Origin: Octopus bimaculoides | Lineage: Eukaryota | DNA length: 34,176 nucleotides | NCBI RefSeq assembly: GCF_001194135.2 | Contig: NC_069003.1 | Location: forward strand, 33,473,372 to 33,507,547 | Reading direction: 5' to 3' | In this document: positions 11,421-22,123 of the stretch, piece after piece | How positions within the stretch are numbered: position 1 is the first letter of the stretch | How the letters are laid out: each line of letters begins with the position of its first letter | Notes under the pieces: model-generated | Told to the model about the DNA's origin: nothing | Databases searched by the model: none | The model's input: the letters and a program-made list of their open reading frames with translations, nothing else | Program-made: the position numbers and the translations under genes

Positions 11421-14400
11421 ATGGTTGTCTCATTTACTGTGTTGTTACTATGTTTAGTCTGGTCACATGCAGTCGAAGGTTCGAAAACAGACAACGGCAA
11501 AAGACCACAAGAGGTTACCACGTCTCTCGGCTCTGTAGTGGTGGTCGGGGCTGGAGTTGCCGGATTAGCAGCGGCCAGGTCCCTCACCAACTCTGGCCAG
11601 TGGGATGTTACTGTGTTAGAAGCACGAAAGGAGCGCTATGGGGGTCGTGTGTGGACCGACCGCATCAACTTTGACCGTGCAAAAGGTAAGAAGAAATTGC
11701 TTCCGCTTCATGTTTGTTGGTCATTTGGTATTTTAATAGATTTAATTAAAGACAGTGAACTAATTATAACAACGGGCAAACAAATCTATACAACCTTCTT
11801 ATGTAAAGCAGATATCGCTATTAAGGAAAACTACCATTCCAGTATCTTCCTATTTTAGCGGCGTAAAATCGTGTTACCTTTTAAGTGTTTTTCTTCTGTC
11901 ACGGCCAGAAAATTACCTTTTTTTAAAAAAGTTTGTTACTGTGTACTTTTTTCTAAAAAGTAAATTAGTCAATAAAATAAAATTGTACAAACAGTTCTTG
12001 TTTTCCATTTAATTTGTCTTTCATCCCGTAAGTTTCTGAAAAATGGGTATTTTTAGATGAAATTTTCTACTGATACCTTTCCGATGGTTTGAATTAGGAT
12101 TATATCGGAATTTAATGTGGTGGGGGAAAATAAAATTACTTTCTCTCCAGCTAGTAATCTAATAACTACTTAGTGCTGAACTTGCTAGAAATAACAGCCA
12201 AATTCTCACATCATATTCTACTAGCTTTAAAAAAAAGTAAGGTTTCTTTTAATAACCTAATCCTGGTGATCTTTGNNNNNNNNNNNNNNNNNNNNNNNNN
12301 NNNNNNNNNNNNNNNNNNNNNNNNNNNNNNNNNNNNNNNNNNNNNNNNNNNNNNNNNNNNNNNNNNNNNNNNNNNNNNNNNNNNNNNNNNNNNNNNNNNN
12401 NNNNNNNNNNNNNNNNNNNNNNNNNNNNNNNNNNNNNNNNNNNNNNNNNNNNNNNNNNNNNNNNNNNNNNNNNNNNNNNNNNNNNNNNNNNNNNNNNNNN
12501 NNNNNNNNNNNNNNNNNNNNNNNNNNNNNNNNNNNNNNNNNNNNNNNNNNNNNNNNNNNNNNNNNNNNNNNNNNNNNNNNNNNNNNNNNNNNNNNNNNNN
12601 NNNNNNNNNNNNNNNNNNNNNNNNNNNNNNNNNNNNNNNNNNNNNNNNNNNNNNNNNNNNNNNNNNNNNNTTCATAGAGTAAAAACCTGTTTCTTTCTTC
12701 TCCACAGAAAATCTGAAGAACTCACTGTAAGAAATATTAACCATCAACTAACTTCACTTAAAGTAAAATATATTCCATTTTAAATTCAAATTACGACAAA
12801 CGTAAATAAACAAACGAAGTTTGCTTTTAGAAGCTTTGAGATGTCTTAGAAAGTTAAAGAAGTGATTTTAAATTCTCAATCGCAGAATAATGCTAATAAT
12901 ATAGCCTGAACAGGATAAAATACCCCTATTTTGCAGAGAAAAGTGTAGGGGGCTAGCTGTGGCCACCTACACTTTTCTCTGCAAAATTAGGGGTAGTTTA
13001 TCCTGTTCAGGCTATAATATTCCATTTTCTTTTTTTTTTTGGTTAATAGGTCTTGAAGCTGATCTGGGAATTGTTATGTTTGATGATGATGACCCTGAGA
13101 ACATGCTGAGTGAATTTTTGGGTCCATTTGAAGTGAGTCCAAAGCGTATTGAATTGAAGCAGTTGATTGATGGTAACACAAACAAAGTCTACCGTGATCT
13201 GGAGTTTGAAAATCTGGCTCAGATCCATCAACAGGTGAGTTATTTGTTACCCATCGCAATCTCCTATACACTAACTACCGAGACATTCAGCTTTGATAAC
13301 CCAAGTAGACATAGACCAACAAAGTGATTATTTCACAGGTTACACTCAACCTAAATATTTTCCTGCATACTTCGTATCTCCCCTCTGCTGTCGTATACCC
13401 ACTCTACACAACAAGGTCAAGCTAACATACCTTGTCACATATTAACATGACATACCAACGACAGGGCTTCTCTATGGTTGCTCGACCTGCTAGAAATAGC
13501 AGTCAAGTCTCCTTGATCGCACCCTACCATTTTTAGAATAACAAGTATGGTCATTGCTGGAATGCCTGGTCAGTTACAGTTAGTTGTATGTCTGTCTGGT
13601 CAGAGTTGACTTGATTTAAACCACAACATACAGTATGGCATAGCTGCCGTATTCCATCACTTCTATACTCTATAACAATGGTTCTCAGCCATTTTCCCCC
13701 TCCGAATCCCTTTCATTCCTATTTCACTAACTTGGACCCTGATAGCCATTCAATGTTTAAAAAATCTTAAATTTTTACAATACTTTTTACAAACAGGGAG
13801 TCAGTCAGTCAGACAGCACTGGCAACAGCCATGCTCTCAAATAGTGTCTTTTATGTTCCAGTGACACGGGAGACAGTCAGGTGGCACTAGCAGTGGCCAT
13901 GCTTGAATAGTGCTTTTTATGTGCCACCGGGCCAGGACCAGTCAGGTGGCACTGACAGCAGCCATGCCCTCAAATGGTGTTTTTTATGTGCCAGTGACAC
14001 GGGAGACAGTCAGGTGGCACTGGCACCAGAAGTATATTATTATATTATGAACTACTATTAAAGACATGTAGTGGTCTGTAAATAATTCTTCCAAATTTTG
14101 GTTCAAGGGCAGCAGTTTTGAGGGGAGGGGAAGTCAATTACATCGACCCTCCCCCCCAATGCTCAATGAAAGACTTTATGATGTTAATTACATAATCACT
14201 GTGTAATCCATTTCCTATAATTGTTTCTCTTTTTCCCCCTTCGACAGCTTTTAATGGCTGCCGTGCAGACTTCCAGTTCACCAACCAAGGACGTTTCATT
14301 GCAAGAAGCCATTGACAATTTATATCGACTGCAACCAGTTTTCAAAGAGACCCTTCCACCAAACGTCTTCACTACTTTGACTTTAGCCAGATACAATCTG

Positions 14401-17400
14401 GCCCCAAAGTTAATCTCTTGCAGGTCCTTGAAATCTCGCTTTAACTTGCTCCCTAATACAGTTATTGAAGAAGGGTTCCAAGAAGTCCTCGACAGGTAAC
14501 ATCTTCCTTTTTTGATTCGTTAATTATTGACAGGGCCATTTGTATATTTGTAGCAGAGATGTCTGACTGATTCAATCACCCAGTACATTACTGGTATGTT
14601 CCTCTCTCATTCCCATGTAGCCCTTTCTCTGCTCTTTTAAATAAATCAGATGAATCCCTTTTCTTCTTTTACTTTTCATGAAAAACATTGTTTAAACATT
14701 TTAGGTTGGTCAGTGGTGTTGAGCTGGAAGAAGCACCGTTAAATCTGGAGATGAATAAGGTAGTTTCTCAGATCAAGATAGCCCAAGTGGACAATACCAG
14801 TAAGGTTTTGGTCCGAACCAAGGATCGGCGCCAGAAGAAAGCAGATGCAGTCATTGTTGCTGTGCCATTAGGGGTTCTCAAAGCCTCCCGAATAGCGTTT
14901 GATCCTGTACTACCTGTTGAAAAACGTGTGGCTTTGAATTCCTTAGGTAAGGTGAAATTTATGACACAAAACAGCTCATTCATAAAAGCAAACCTTTTAA
15001 TAATAATAATAATAATAATAATCCTTTCTACTGGAGATATAAGGCCTCAGATTTGTGGGGAGGGGACTAATTGATTACATTGACCCCAGTGTTTCACTGG
15101 TACTTAATTTATTGACCCCGAAAGGATGAAAGGCAAAGTCGACCATGGCGGAATTTGAACTCAGAAGAGATTGGCCCCCCCCCCCGTACTTGTTTTTTAA
15201 AGTCTGGTACCTATTATCATCTGTCTTGCTGAACTACTAAGTTACAGGGATGTAAACAAACCACCATCGGTTGCAATGTGGGACAAACACAACACTAAGA
15301 CACACACATAGATACATACATTAACACATACACACTCTTATGAGTGGTTTCTTTCTGTTTCTGTCCACGAAATTCTCTCAGGGGCTATAATAGGAAACAA
15401 TTACCCAAGATGCCACACAGTGAGACTGAACCTGGGACCATGTGGTTGGGAAGTAAATGTCTTACCACATGCCACACCAGTGTAATTATGATTTGTGTAC
15501 ATGTGAATCTGTATTTGTCATCTAGTTTCCATTCATGATGTATTAAGTATAATCTTTCTTTCTTTTTTTTCTTCCATTTCTTCACCCAACGTACAGAGGT
15601 TAGCAGTGTGAATAGTGTTGTCTTTAAATTTGCTTCAATATTTTGGCCGAGGGACACAGAACTCTTCCATTTTGCTGTATCCGATATGAGTGAAATTGGA
15701 TTGATGACCACTTGGTTAAACACTGGCTGGTTGTCTCGTCGTAAGGATCCATATTTGACCACCTTTATCCAAGGCAATACTGCTACCAAGTTTGGAAATT
15801 ACTCTGACACCCAACTTAAAACTATCGGTTTGTATCTTAAAACTATTTATTCATATCAAATATCAAAGAACATGGGATCTTCTGTGTTTTGTCTCCGTCT
15901 TACGAATGAGTAACTAGTAACTCTGTTACTTCAAACCTTATTTCCTTGAGGAAATCTTAAAGAAATTTATTCCAGTTTTAACTATTTTATAAAGAGAATA
16001 TTAGTTCTTGTTTAACCCCAGGTCAGCCTCAATTGAGTAAATTCATGATTCATGATCAGAGGTCTTCTGTTTGTGACACTTCATCCTGTTTTTTTCTTTT
16101 GTTATTGGTGGGAGTGTGATTAAGGAAGATTTGGCTGCTATTTCTAGCAGGTTGAGTGATTACATAAAGGCTTTTTTGTTTGCTTCAAGGTGTTGGTCAA
16201 ACAGTAATGTTGTTTGTGTGTCTGACTGTCTGAAAGACAATAACTTCCATACAAAACTCCAATAACTAACAATTCTCTTGACTGTTTCTTCTAGCACTGG
16301 AACGGTTGACAGCAATGTTTCATTTGAAGAATTTGTCCAAAGATGCCATCTTGAGTGTGACATCAAGTAACTGGGCATCTGATCCTTTCAGTCAGGGACT
16401 TCTCTCTTACCCCACCATTGGTGAGTATTCTCATGTCAATTTTAGTTATCTAGATGTGTGCGTGTGTGGGACATGATAGCCTCATCTTGTCATATGATGG
16501 CCATTTCACATTCAACCTGATTAGTTTAATTTACTTTCATCATTACATGTGCATGAATAGTCACTATGCAGCCATCACCATAGAATTTTATAAAATACAA
16601 ATCAGATCAAGAAATGAATAGTGAGACATCAGTATGTCTTTGGATTTAACCCTTGCGTTAATGTATTTATTTTGAGATGCTCTGTGTTTCTTTCAATTAT
16701 TTTAAATATAAATAAGAACTTAGTAAAATAACTTAGTTAACATTAAGCTGGTGTTAGGAACATAAATTGTGACTAAGGTTTGGTGGAAGATTTTAATTCA
16801 AAACTTATGAAAACAAAACATTTGTGCTACAGAGCCAGAGACAGTTTCAGCTGGGTTGGTATCAAAAGGGTTAAGTGATAAATGCTTGCACAACTCTTTT
16901 GCCACTCTCTCAGTCACCAATGACAAGCTTTGCAAGATATCAGGTCCTATTTTAACTATAAGACTAGAAGTCTTGCTGCCTCCATTGAAATGGCGCCAAT
17001 CTGTAAAAATGTTTGTTTGCTTTAGTGAAGAAACATCACTAAGTTTTGTCTCCAAAGATTTAACATATACACCACCCATTACCCCACCTCGCTCTTCTCC
17101 ATGTGTTAATGGTGTTGACTCATTTCACAGACCTTTGATGGCAGAGTTTTTTTTTTATATTTATGTTCTATCTTTTACTTGTCTCAATCATTGAAAAGCG
17201 GCCAGTCTGGGGCACCAGATTCAAAGGTTTAGTCTAGTGGTTCTCAACCGGGATCCATATGACCGTTTTGGGGCTGTTGTAGAAGACACTCGCTCAAAGT
17301 GCCACACCATGGGACTGAACTTGGAACCATGTCGTTGAGAAGCAAACTTCTTACCACACTGCCATGCCTGTACCTATTTCTTTTATTATTTAAGAATAAT

Positions 17401-17797
17401 TTTTGTTATAACGTTGTTGATGCAGGGTTTTTTTTGTTTTTTTTAATCCTTTTCACTCAGCATTCTATATCAGAAATATTGTTTCTCATTTTCATCCTTT
17501 TCTCTCTGACCGAAAGGTATGTCCCAAACCCAGTGGGACGCTGTCTCCAAGCCTATCTGTCCTCACATCTACTTCGCCAATGACTATACTGACTCCACCA
17601 GATTCGGGACCATCCAGGGGGCGTTTAGATCTGGACTCCGAGCAGCTGAACACCTCATGCAAGGGTGCCGTGGCAATGTCCCAGACCCCAAAATGAGATA
17701 TTTAAAAGAACCGAAGGGATCTAGAAAAAGAGGTCACGGAAAAAAGCAGGTCAGAGCAAGCGTAACGGTCAACAGAACCAAGAAAGAAGAACTATGA
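11421..17797 (+). CDS. Flavin-containing amine oxidase family protein (polyamine oxidase/LSD1-like fold), 525 aa, signal peptide, C-terminal KEEL. Exons 11421-11685, 13050-13234, 14248-14495, 14705-14946, 15597-15827, 16295-16420, 17517-17797
   Basis: Seven AG/GT exons join in frame (1578 nt including stop). Motifs appear in family order: VVVVGAGVAGLAAA (GxGxxG), VLEA...GGRVWT, DLG, ADAVIVAVPLGVLK...F.P.LP, F...FW, W.SDPFSQG..SY, FANDYT...GTIQGAFRSGLRAA. The N-terminus MVVSFTVLLLCLVWSHAVEG is hydrophobic. No orthologue name can be assigned from the sequence alone. Confidence 0.88.
12780..13016. mobile_element. Foldback MITE-like element with terminal hairpin (arms 12900-12949 / 12966-13016); related copy at ~31845-32040
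   Basis: Arms are near-perfect reverse complements. The same arm sequence (AAACAAACGAAGTTTGCTTTTAGAAG...GTGATTTTAAATTCTCAA; TATAGCCTGAACAGGATAAA) recurs at 31.85-32.04 kb. Confidence 0.75.
13795..14028. repeat. ~70-bp tandem repeat (about 3.3 units, CAGTCAGGTGGCACT...GCCATGC...TTTTATGTGCCA)
   Basis: Direct repetition is visible. A related motif occurs inside the family C SINE copy at ~2745-2765. Confidence 0.7.
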
Positions 17798-18042
17798 GCT
17801 ATTGTTGATGTTTTAGTATGAGGTGATGGCCAGAATTGGAACTTACTAGTTCTGTGTTATCTTTGTGAATTATGTTACTGATTATTTGATATGTAAATAT
17901 CACCAATGTGTGTATATACATATATAGTGAATTTGTGTGTGTGTATATATGTATATATACTAACTTTGTCTCTCTCTCTCTCTCAATATATAATCCTTTT
18001 TTTTTTTTTTGGATGGTGAAATTCAAAGCACATAATGCTATA

Positions 18043-18048
18043 AATAAA
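18043..18048 (+). promoter_or_regulatory. Candidate polyadenylation signal of the amine oxidase-like gene
   Basis: AATAAA ~245 nt after the stop codon. No transcript evidence. Confidence 0.4.
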
Positions 18049-18129
18049 AGCATATAAGTATTGGGTGGGAAAATCCTCTTGGATAGAAAAAGTCTAAAGC
18101 TGTCTCAAGGATGATTTTTTTTACACTTG

Positions 18130-18590
18130 TTGAACATGGAGGAAGGAGCAGTACCCATAGCTTTTGCAGACCCTGCTTGACCAATAAGACAAATGCCATT
18201 AACGTTCTTTTTTGAACCTTTCTAACTCTAACAGTTGCAAGGAGGAAATTTGAGAGGGTTGGTACTCTGGGAAAGAAGGTTAGGGGTGTTGTGATTAGCG
18301 TAGGGCCTGGGAATTTAGACCCAACAAGGGTGATAAGAAAAGAAAAGTAGAACGGGAGTACCTGAATGGAGATGGCATAGCCCCAGTTAGCTCTGAGGAG
18401 CAGAGGCCATTAGAGAGTAGCAGTAGGAAAAAGCAGAAAGAAGAGGTAGTGTGTCTGTGAGCCAGAAACGAGGGCATATTATCTGTGAGTGATTTTTATG
18501 CCAACCACTTGGATGACTCTTTTTCTGGTTGCAGTTGAAGATGTTTGAGCGCACTGTGGCCTCAACACAGTCTATTACATAAGTTTGCCA
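18130..18590 (-). mobile_element. Decayed non-LTR retrotransposon (CR1/L2-like) ORF2 3' end
   Basis: Frameshifted fragments QKRVIQVVG, LAHRH..SSFC, NGLCSSEL, HP.WV*IPRP and FFPRV..L resemble the C-terminus of CR1/L2-group ORF2. Confidence 0.55.
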
Positions 18591-18594
18591 TTAC

Positions 18595-18947
18595 TCTTTT
18601 TACTCATTTCAGTCATTTGACTGTGGCCATGCTAGAGCACCGCCTTTAGTCGAGCCAATCGACCCCAGGACTTATTCTTTGTAAGCCTAGTACTTGTTCT
18701 ATCGGTGTCTTTTGCCAAACAGCTAAGTTACAGGGACGTACACACACCAGCATCGGTTGTCAAGCGATGTTGGTGGTGGTGGTGGGGGGGGGGAACAAAC
18801 ACAAACATNNNNNNNNNNCATACACATATCTATATATATACATACATACATACATACGATGGGCTTCTTTCAGTTTCCGTCTACCAAATCCACTCACAAG
18901 GCTTTAGTCGGCCTGAGGCTATAGTAGAAGACACTTGCCCAAGGATA
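18595..18947 (-). mobile_element. SINE-like family A copy. Other copies: 10290-10630 (+), 15190-15470 (-), 17140-17365 (-), 23830-24150 (-); fragments at ~24175-24280, 25090-25190, 32200-32260, 4370-4440
   Basis: Recurring blocks GGTTCAGTCCCACTG..GGCACCTTGGGCAAGTGTCTTCTACTATAGCC / GTGGATTTGGTAGACGGAAACTGAAAGAAGCC / central (GT)n / GGGGTCGATT..TCGACTAAAGGCGGTGCT..AGCATGGC...AAAAGA tail. tRNA-like B-box head. Family name not assigned. Confidence 0.75.
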
Positions 18948-19064
18948 TAAATAAATAAATATTCCAGTATTAAGAATGAAGACTTGTTTACATTCCTTTG
19001 TTTACTCCATTTACTAAAATGTATCAGGATGTTTTACATGATTTATTTATGTATAAAAACAGCA

Positions 19065-19275
19065 AGCTGGCAGAATAGTTAGCATGCTGGACGAAATGTT
19101 TATTGGTATTTCATCTGTCTCTATATTCTGAGTTCAAACTTCGTTGAGGTCGACTTTGCCTTTCATCCTTTCGGGGATTTGATAAATTAAGTACCAGTGA
19201 AACACTGGGGTTGATGTAATCAACTTACCCCTCCCCCAAAATTCCAGGCACAAGGCCTTCAGTAGAAAGGATTAT
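19065..19275 (+). mobile_element. SINE-like family B copy. Others: 24415-24590 (+), 31395-31570 (+), 15040-15165 (-), 27100-27190 (-), 27640-27825 (-), 31235-31365 (-), 32125-32200 (-)
   Basis: Repeated GCTGGCAGAAT.GTTAGCA...TTCTGAGTTCAAAT..CG..GAGGTCGACTTTGCCTTTCATCCTTT.GGGG..GATAAATTAAGTACCAGT core with a tRNA-like GAGTTCAAAT box. Confidence 0.75.
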
Positions 19276-19729
19276 GTATATACCAGTAGCCCTTAAACAT
19301 GTATTGGTATCCGTGTTACATTCCTGAAGTATGCATCAAAATGTGTGTTGCATTCCTTAAATATGAATCACCATCTGTGTTACATTCTTTAAATATGTAT
19401 CGATACCTGTGTCACATTAATATGTATCAGAATCTGTGTTACATTCATTTACTTGTCTCATACAACAATGTATCATTTATATTTTTCTAGAAATAAAGAA
19501 ATCATCGTTTTTAATAAAGCTTCTACTCTTATCTCTTGCTATTTTTCTCTTTATACGACATTAACCTATTAGCTTTTAAACCAACCATATCCGACCAAAG
19601 TGTTCTGCCTGTTTTGTGTCCGAAGCAGTCAGATCCAGCCTCTCACCCCTACCTTAAAAATAAACTATCACATCATTGAAATTTCAAAGCTATGAGATAA
19701 TACATTAATATATACGATGTGTGTGAGGG

Positions 19730-20635
19730 CATACCTACACAAGTGTGCCCCTGCTGACTTGCGGCGGGGGTTCCTCGTAACTCCCACTAAAATGAACATT
19801 CTTTAATGAAATATTCTACAGATATGTTCCTGATTATTTCGGAATTTCTTTGTGAAAATGTTTTTCTGTGGGTGGAGAGAAGAGTTTCGAAAATTTACAT
19901 GAGTCAGTTTGTTTCCTCATAACTTTACGGAAAATGGATATTTTTTAATGAAATTTTCTACAAATACCCTTCAGGCAGTGTAGACTCCGATTATATTGGA
20001 ATTTAATATGAAAAACAAAAAATGGTGAGTTCTCACATACATACTAACAAACATCACAAAATGAAGCTTGAAATTACGAAAAAAATATTGATTTGTGTCA
20101 GTATGTTGTGTGCATTCTCAACAATTTTATTTTTCATATTAAATTTCGATATAATTCTAATCTAAACCGCCTGAATGGTATTTGTAGGAAATTTTTATAG
20201 CAAATAAAAAAATACCCATTTTTCTGAAAGTTATGAGGCAACAAAGCCGACTTGTGTGAATTTTCAGAAACCTCCCTCGGAAAATTGTTTTCCGCAACAA
20301 ATTTCGGTATAAACGGAATTTCCACCATCTAAATCATATTTGTAAAAAGTTTTATTTGAAAATCACAATTTTCCTGGAAGTTATAGGGGAACAAAGTCCG
20401 GGGGTGAAGTGGGGACATTTGTACAGGTTTGCCCTTTGTCAGTATGTATGTGTGCAACCATCAATTTTTTCTCTTTTTCCTTTTTATTTTTACATTAAAT
20501 TCCGATATATTTTTTAATCTACACAATCTGAAAGATATTTGTAGAAAAGTTCATTAAAGAAAGCATTCAATTTTTCTGAAAGTTACGAGGAAACAAAGTG
20601 TAGATGGAGAGACACTTGTGTGCCATTTATTTCAT
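19730..20635. mobile_element. Foldback-like element built from ~110-150-bp subrepeats in opposing orientation; solo subrepeat at ~12020-12120
   Basis: The block TTCCTC(G/A)TAACT...AAAATG...TTTAATGAA...TTCTACA.ATA...GGAATTT occurs forward at ~19770-19860 and 19905-20010, and inverted at ~20090-20260 and 20480-20625. Confidence 0.6.
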
Positions 20636-20872
20636 TCAACCTCAGGTGTGTTTTTTGGGGTTGAACAAACCGACTACACTGTATTTCGAACCCTCAATGT
20701 AGATGGACGAAACTAAACATTGTAAAGTGGTTTTACTTTGACTTACCTTCGTTTCTTTCATTCTGTCATCGACTTGTGATAAAAGCCTCCTAATTCTGAA
20801 TCATTAATGTCGTTAACTCCTTTGGAAAGTTGGTACGAGTCCTAAATATCGGCCTTTTCCGTATAAAGTGTC

Positions 20873-21123
20873 TTCGGCGATCTTTACCAAAGATCGGCCT
20901 TTTCCGTAACACCTGCACGATCTTCGTTACGGTGTTAGTGTTTAGGGTTACGGTTAGGGACGAAATTCCCAAACCGAAACCCTAAAACCCAAACCGTTAC
21001 CCTTACCCTAACAGTAAACCCTTGAAAACAAATCGCGCTCTCTGTATCTCTTTCGGTGTTATGACGTTGTTTCTCTCCAACACTTATTACGGTAAAGGCC
21101 GACCTTTGGTAAAGATCGCCGAA
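20873..21123. mobile_element. MITE-like element with 37-bp inverted repeats and an internal telomere-like (TTAGGG/CCCTAA-type) hairpin
   Basis: 20873-20909 vs 21087-21123 match at 35/37 as reverse complements. Internal TTTAGGGTTACGGTTAGGGA pairs with TCCCAAACCGAAACCCTAAA (18/20). Confidence 0.65.
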
Positions 21124-22078
21124 NNNNNNNNNNNNNNNNNNNNNNNNNNNNNNNNNNNNNNNNNNNNNNNNNNNNNNNNNNNNNNNNNNNNNNNNNNNNN
21201 NNNNNNNNNNNNNNNNNNNNNNNNNNNNNNNNNNNNNNNNNNNNNNNNNNNNNNNNNNNNNNNNNNNNNNNNNNNNNNNNNNNNNNNNNNNNNNNNNNNN
21301 NNNNNNNNNNNNNNNNNNNNNNNNNNNNNNNNNNNNNNNNNNNNNNNNNNNNNNNNNNNNNNNNNNNNNNNNNNNNNNNNNNNNNNNNNNNNNNNNNNNN
21401 NNNNNNNNNNNNNNNNNNNNNNNNNNNNNNNNNNNNNNNNNNNNNNNNNNNNNNNNNNNNNNNNNNNNNNNNNNNNNNNNNNNNNNNNNNNNNNNNNNNN
21501 NNNNNNNNNNNNNNNNNNNNNNNNNNNNNNNNAAAGAAATTTGTGGGGAAAATCTTTTCCAATAAAATTTTATGAAATTTCAATGAAATACCTTTCAAAC
21601 GGCATAGAAATTTGTGGAGAGAGTCTTTTCCAAGAGGGTGGGGAGAGGACTTCGGGAAATTCATAAGATCCGAGCTTTTCCGTCGTAACTCAATAGAGAG
21701 TGCGCTAAATGTAAAAAAAAACCTCTTTCCATCAGGAAGGGTACATTTACAGAATTTATTTTAATAACATGAACTGTCTGTATAAAGAATCAAATGAAAA
21801 AGAGTGGAAAGTTTTGTAAATAGGGGCAGGGTAAGGTTGAATATTTAAGAGAATTTGCAGCGTGTGAGATGTTTGTAAGCAATTCCAGAACAACAAAAGC
21901 CGTTACTTTCACTGCAAAGTTTAAATTTCGTTTGTGTCTAAATATTTTCGTTCTTTGAGACAGCAAAACCCTGATGATTCCGACAATCTGATGGTCTACA
22001 TCGGTTAAGAATTAAATTGGAAACAAAATACTGAAGTGTTACCTCCCTTGCAGTTGCTAAGAAACTATCTTACTGATG

Positions 22079-22097
22079 CTACCACCAGGTGGCGTTA
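22079..22097 (+). promoter_or_regulatory. Candidate CTCF-binding site 27 bp upstream of the HYLS1 ATG
   Basis: CTACCACCAGGTGGCGTTA matches the bilaterian CTCF core CCACCAG(G/A)(T/G)GGCG. Motif match only. Confidence 0.45.
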
Positions 22098-22123
22098 GTA
22101 ACTAACAACAAAAATATTTGAAA

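Noticed and set aside
12276-12670. Hidden oxidase exon inside the gap
   Set aside because: Exons 1 and 2 join in phase and give the normal GGR.WT...DLG spacing.
13795-14028. Clustered CTCF-like CAGTCAGGTGGCAC motifs; CRISPR-like repeat-spacer look
   Set aside because: The motifs mismatch the CTCF 5' core and belong to a SINE-related tandem unit. The intervening sequences are homologous to each other rather than unique, and the genome is eukaryotic.
11421-17797. Naming the oxidase as an ink or mucus L-amino-acid oxidase (escapin/achacin), LSD1, PCYOX1 or FOXRED2
   Set aside because: It has no SWIRM or Tower domain (not LSD1). KEEL and the lost Lys argue against a secreted LAAO. The motif order is PAO-like rather than PCYOX1- or FOXRED2-like. 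A phylogeny is needed.
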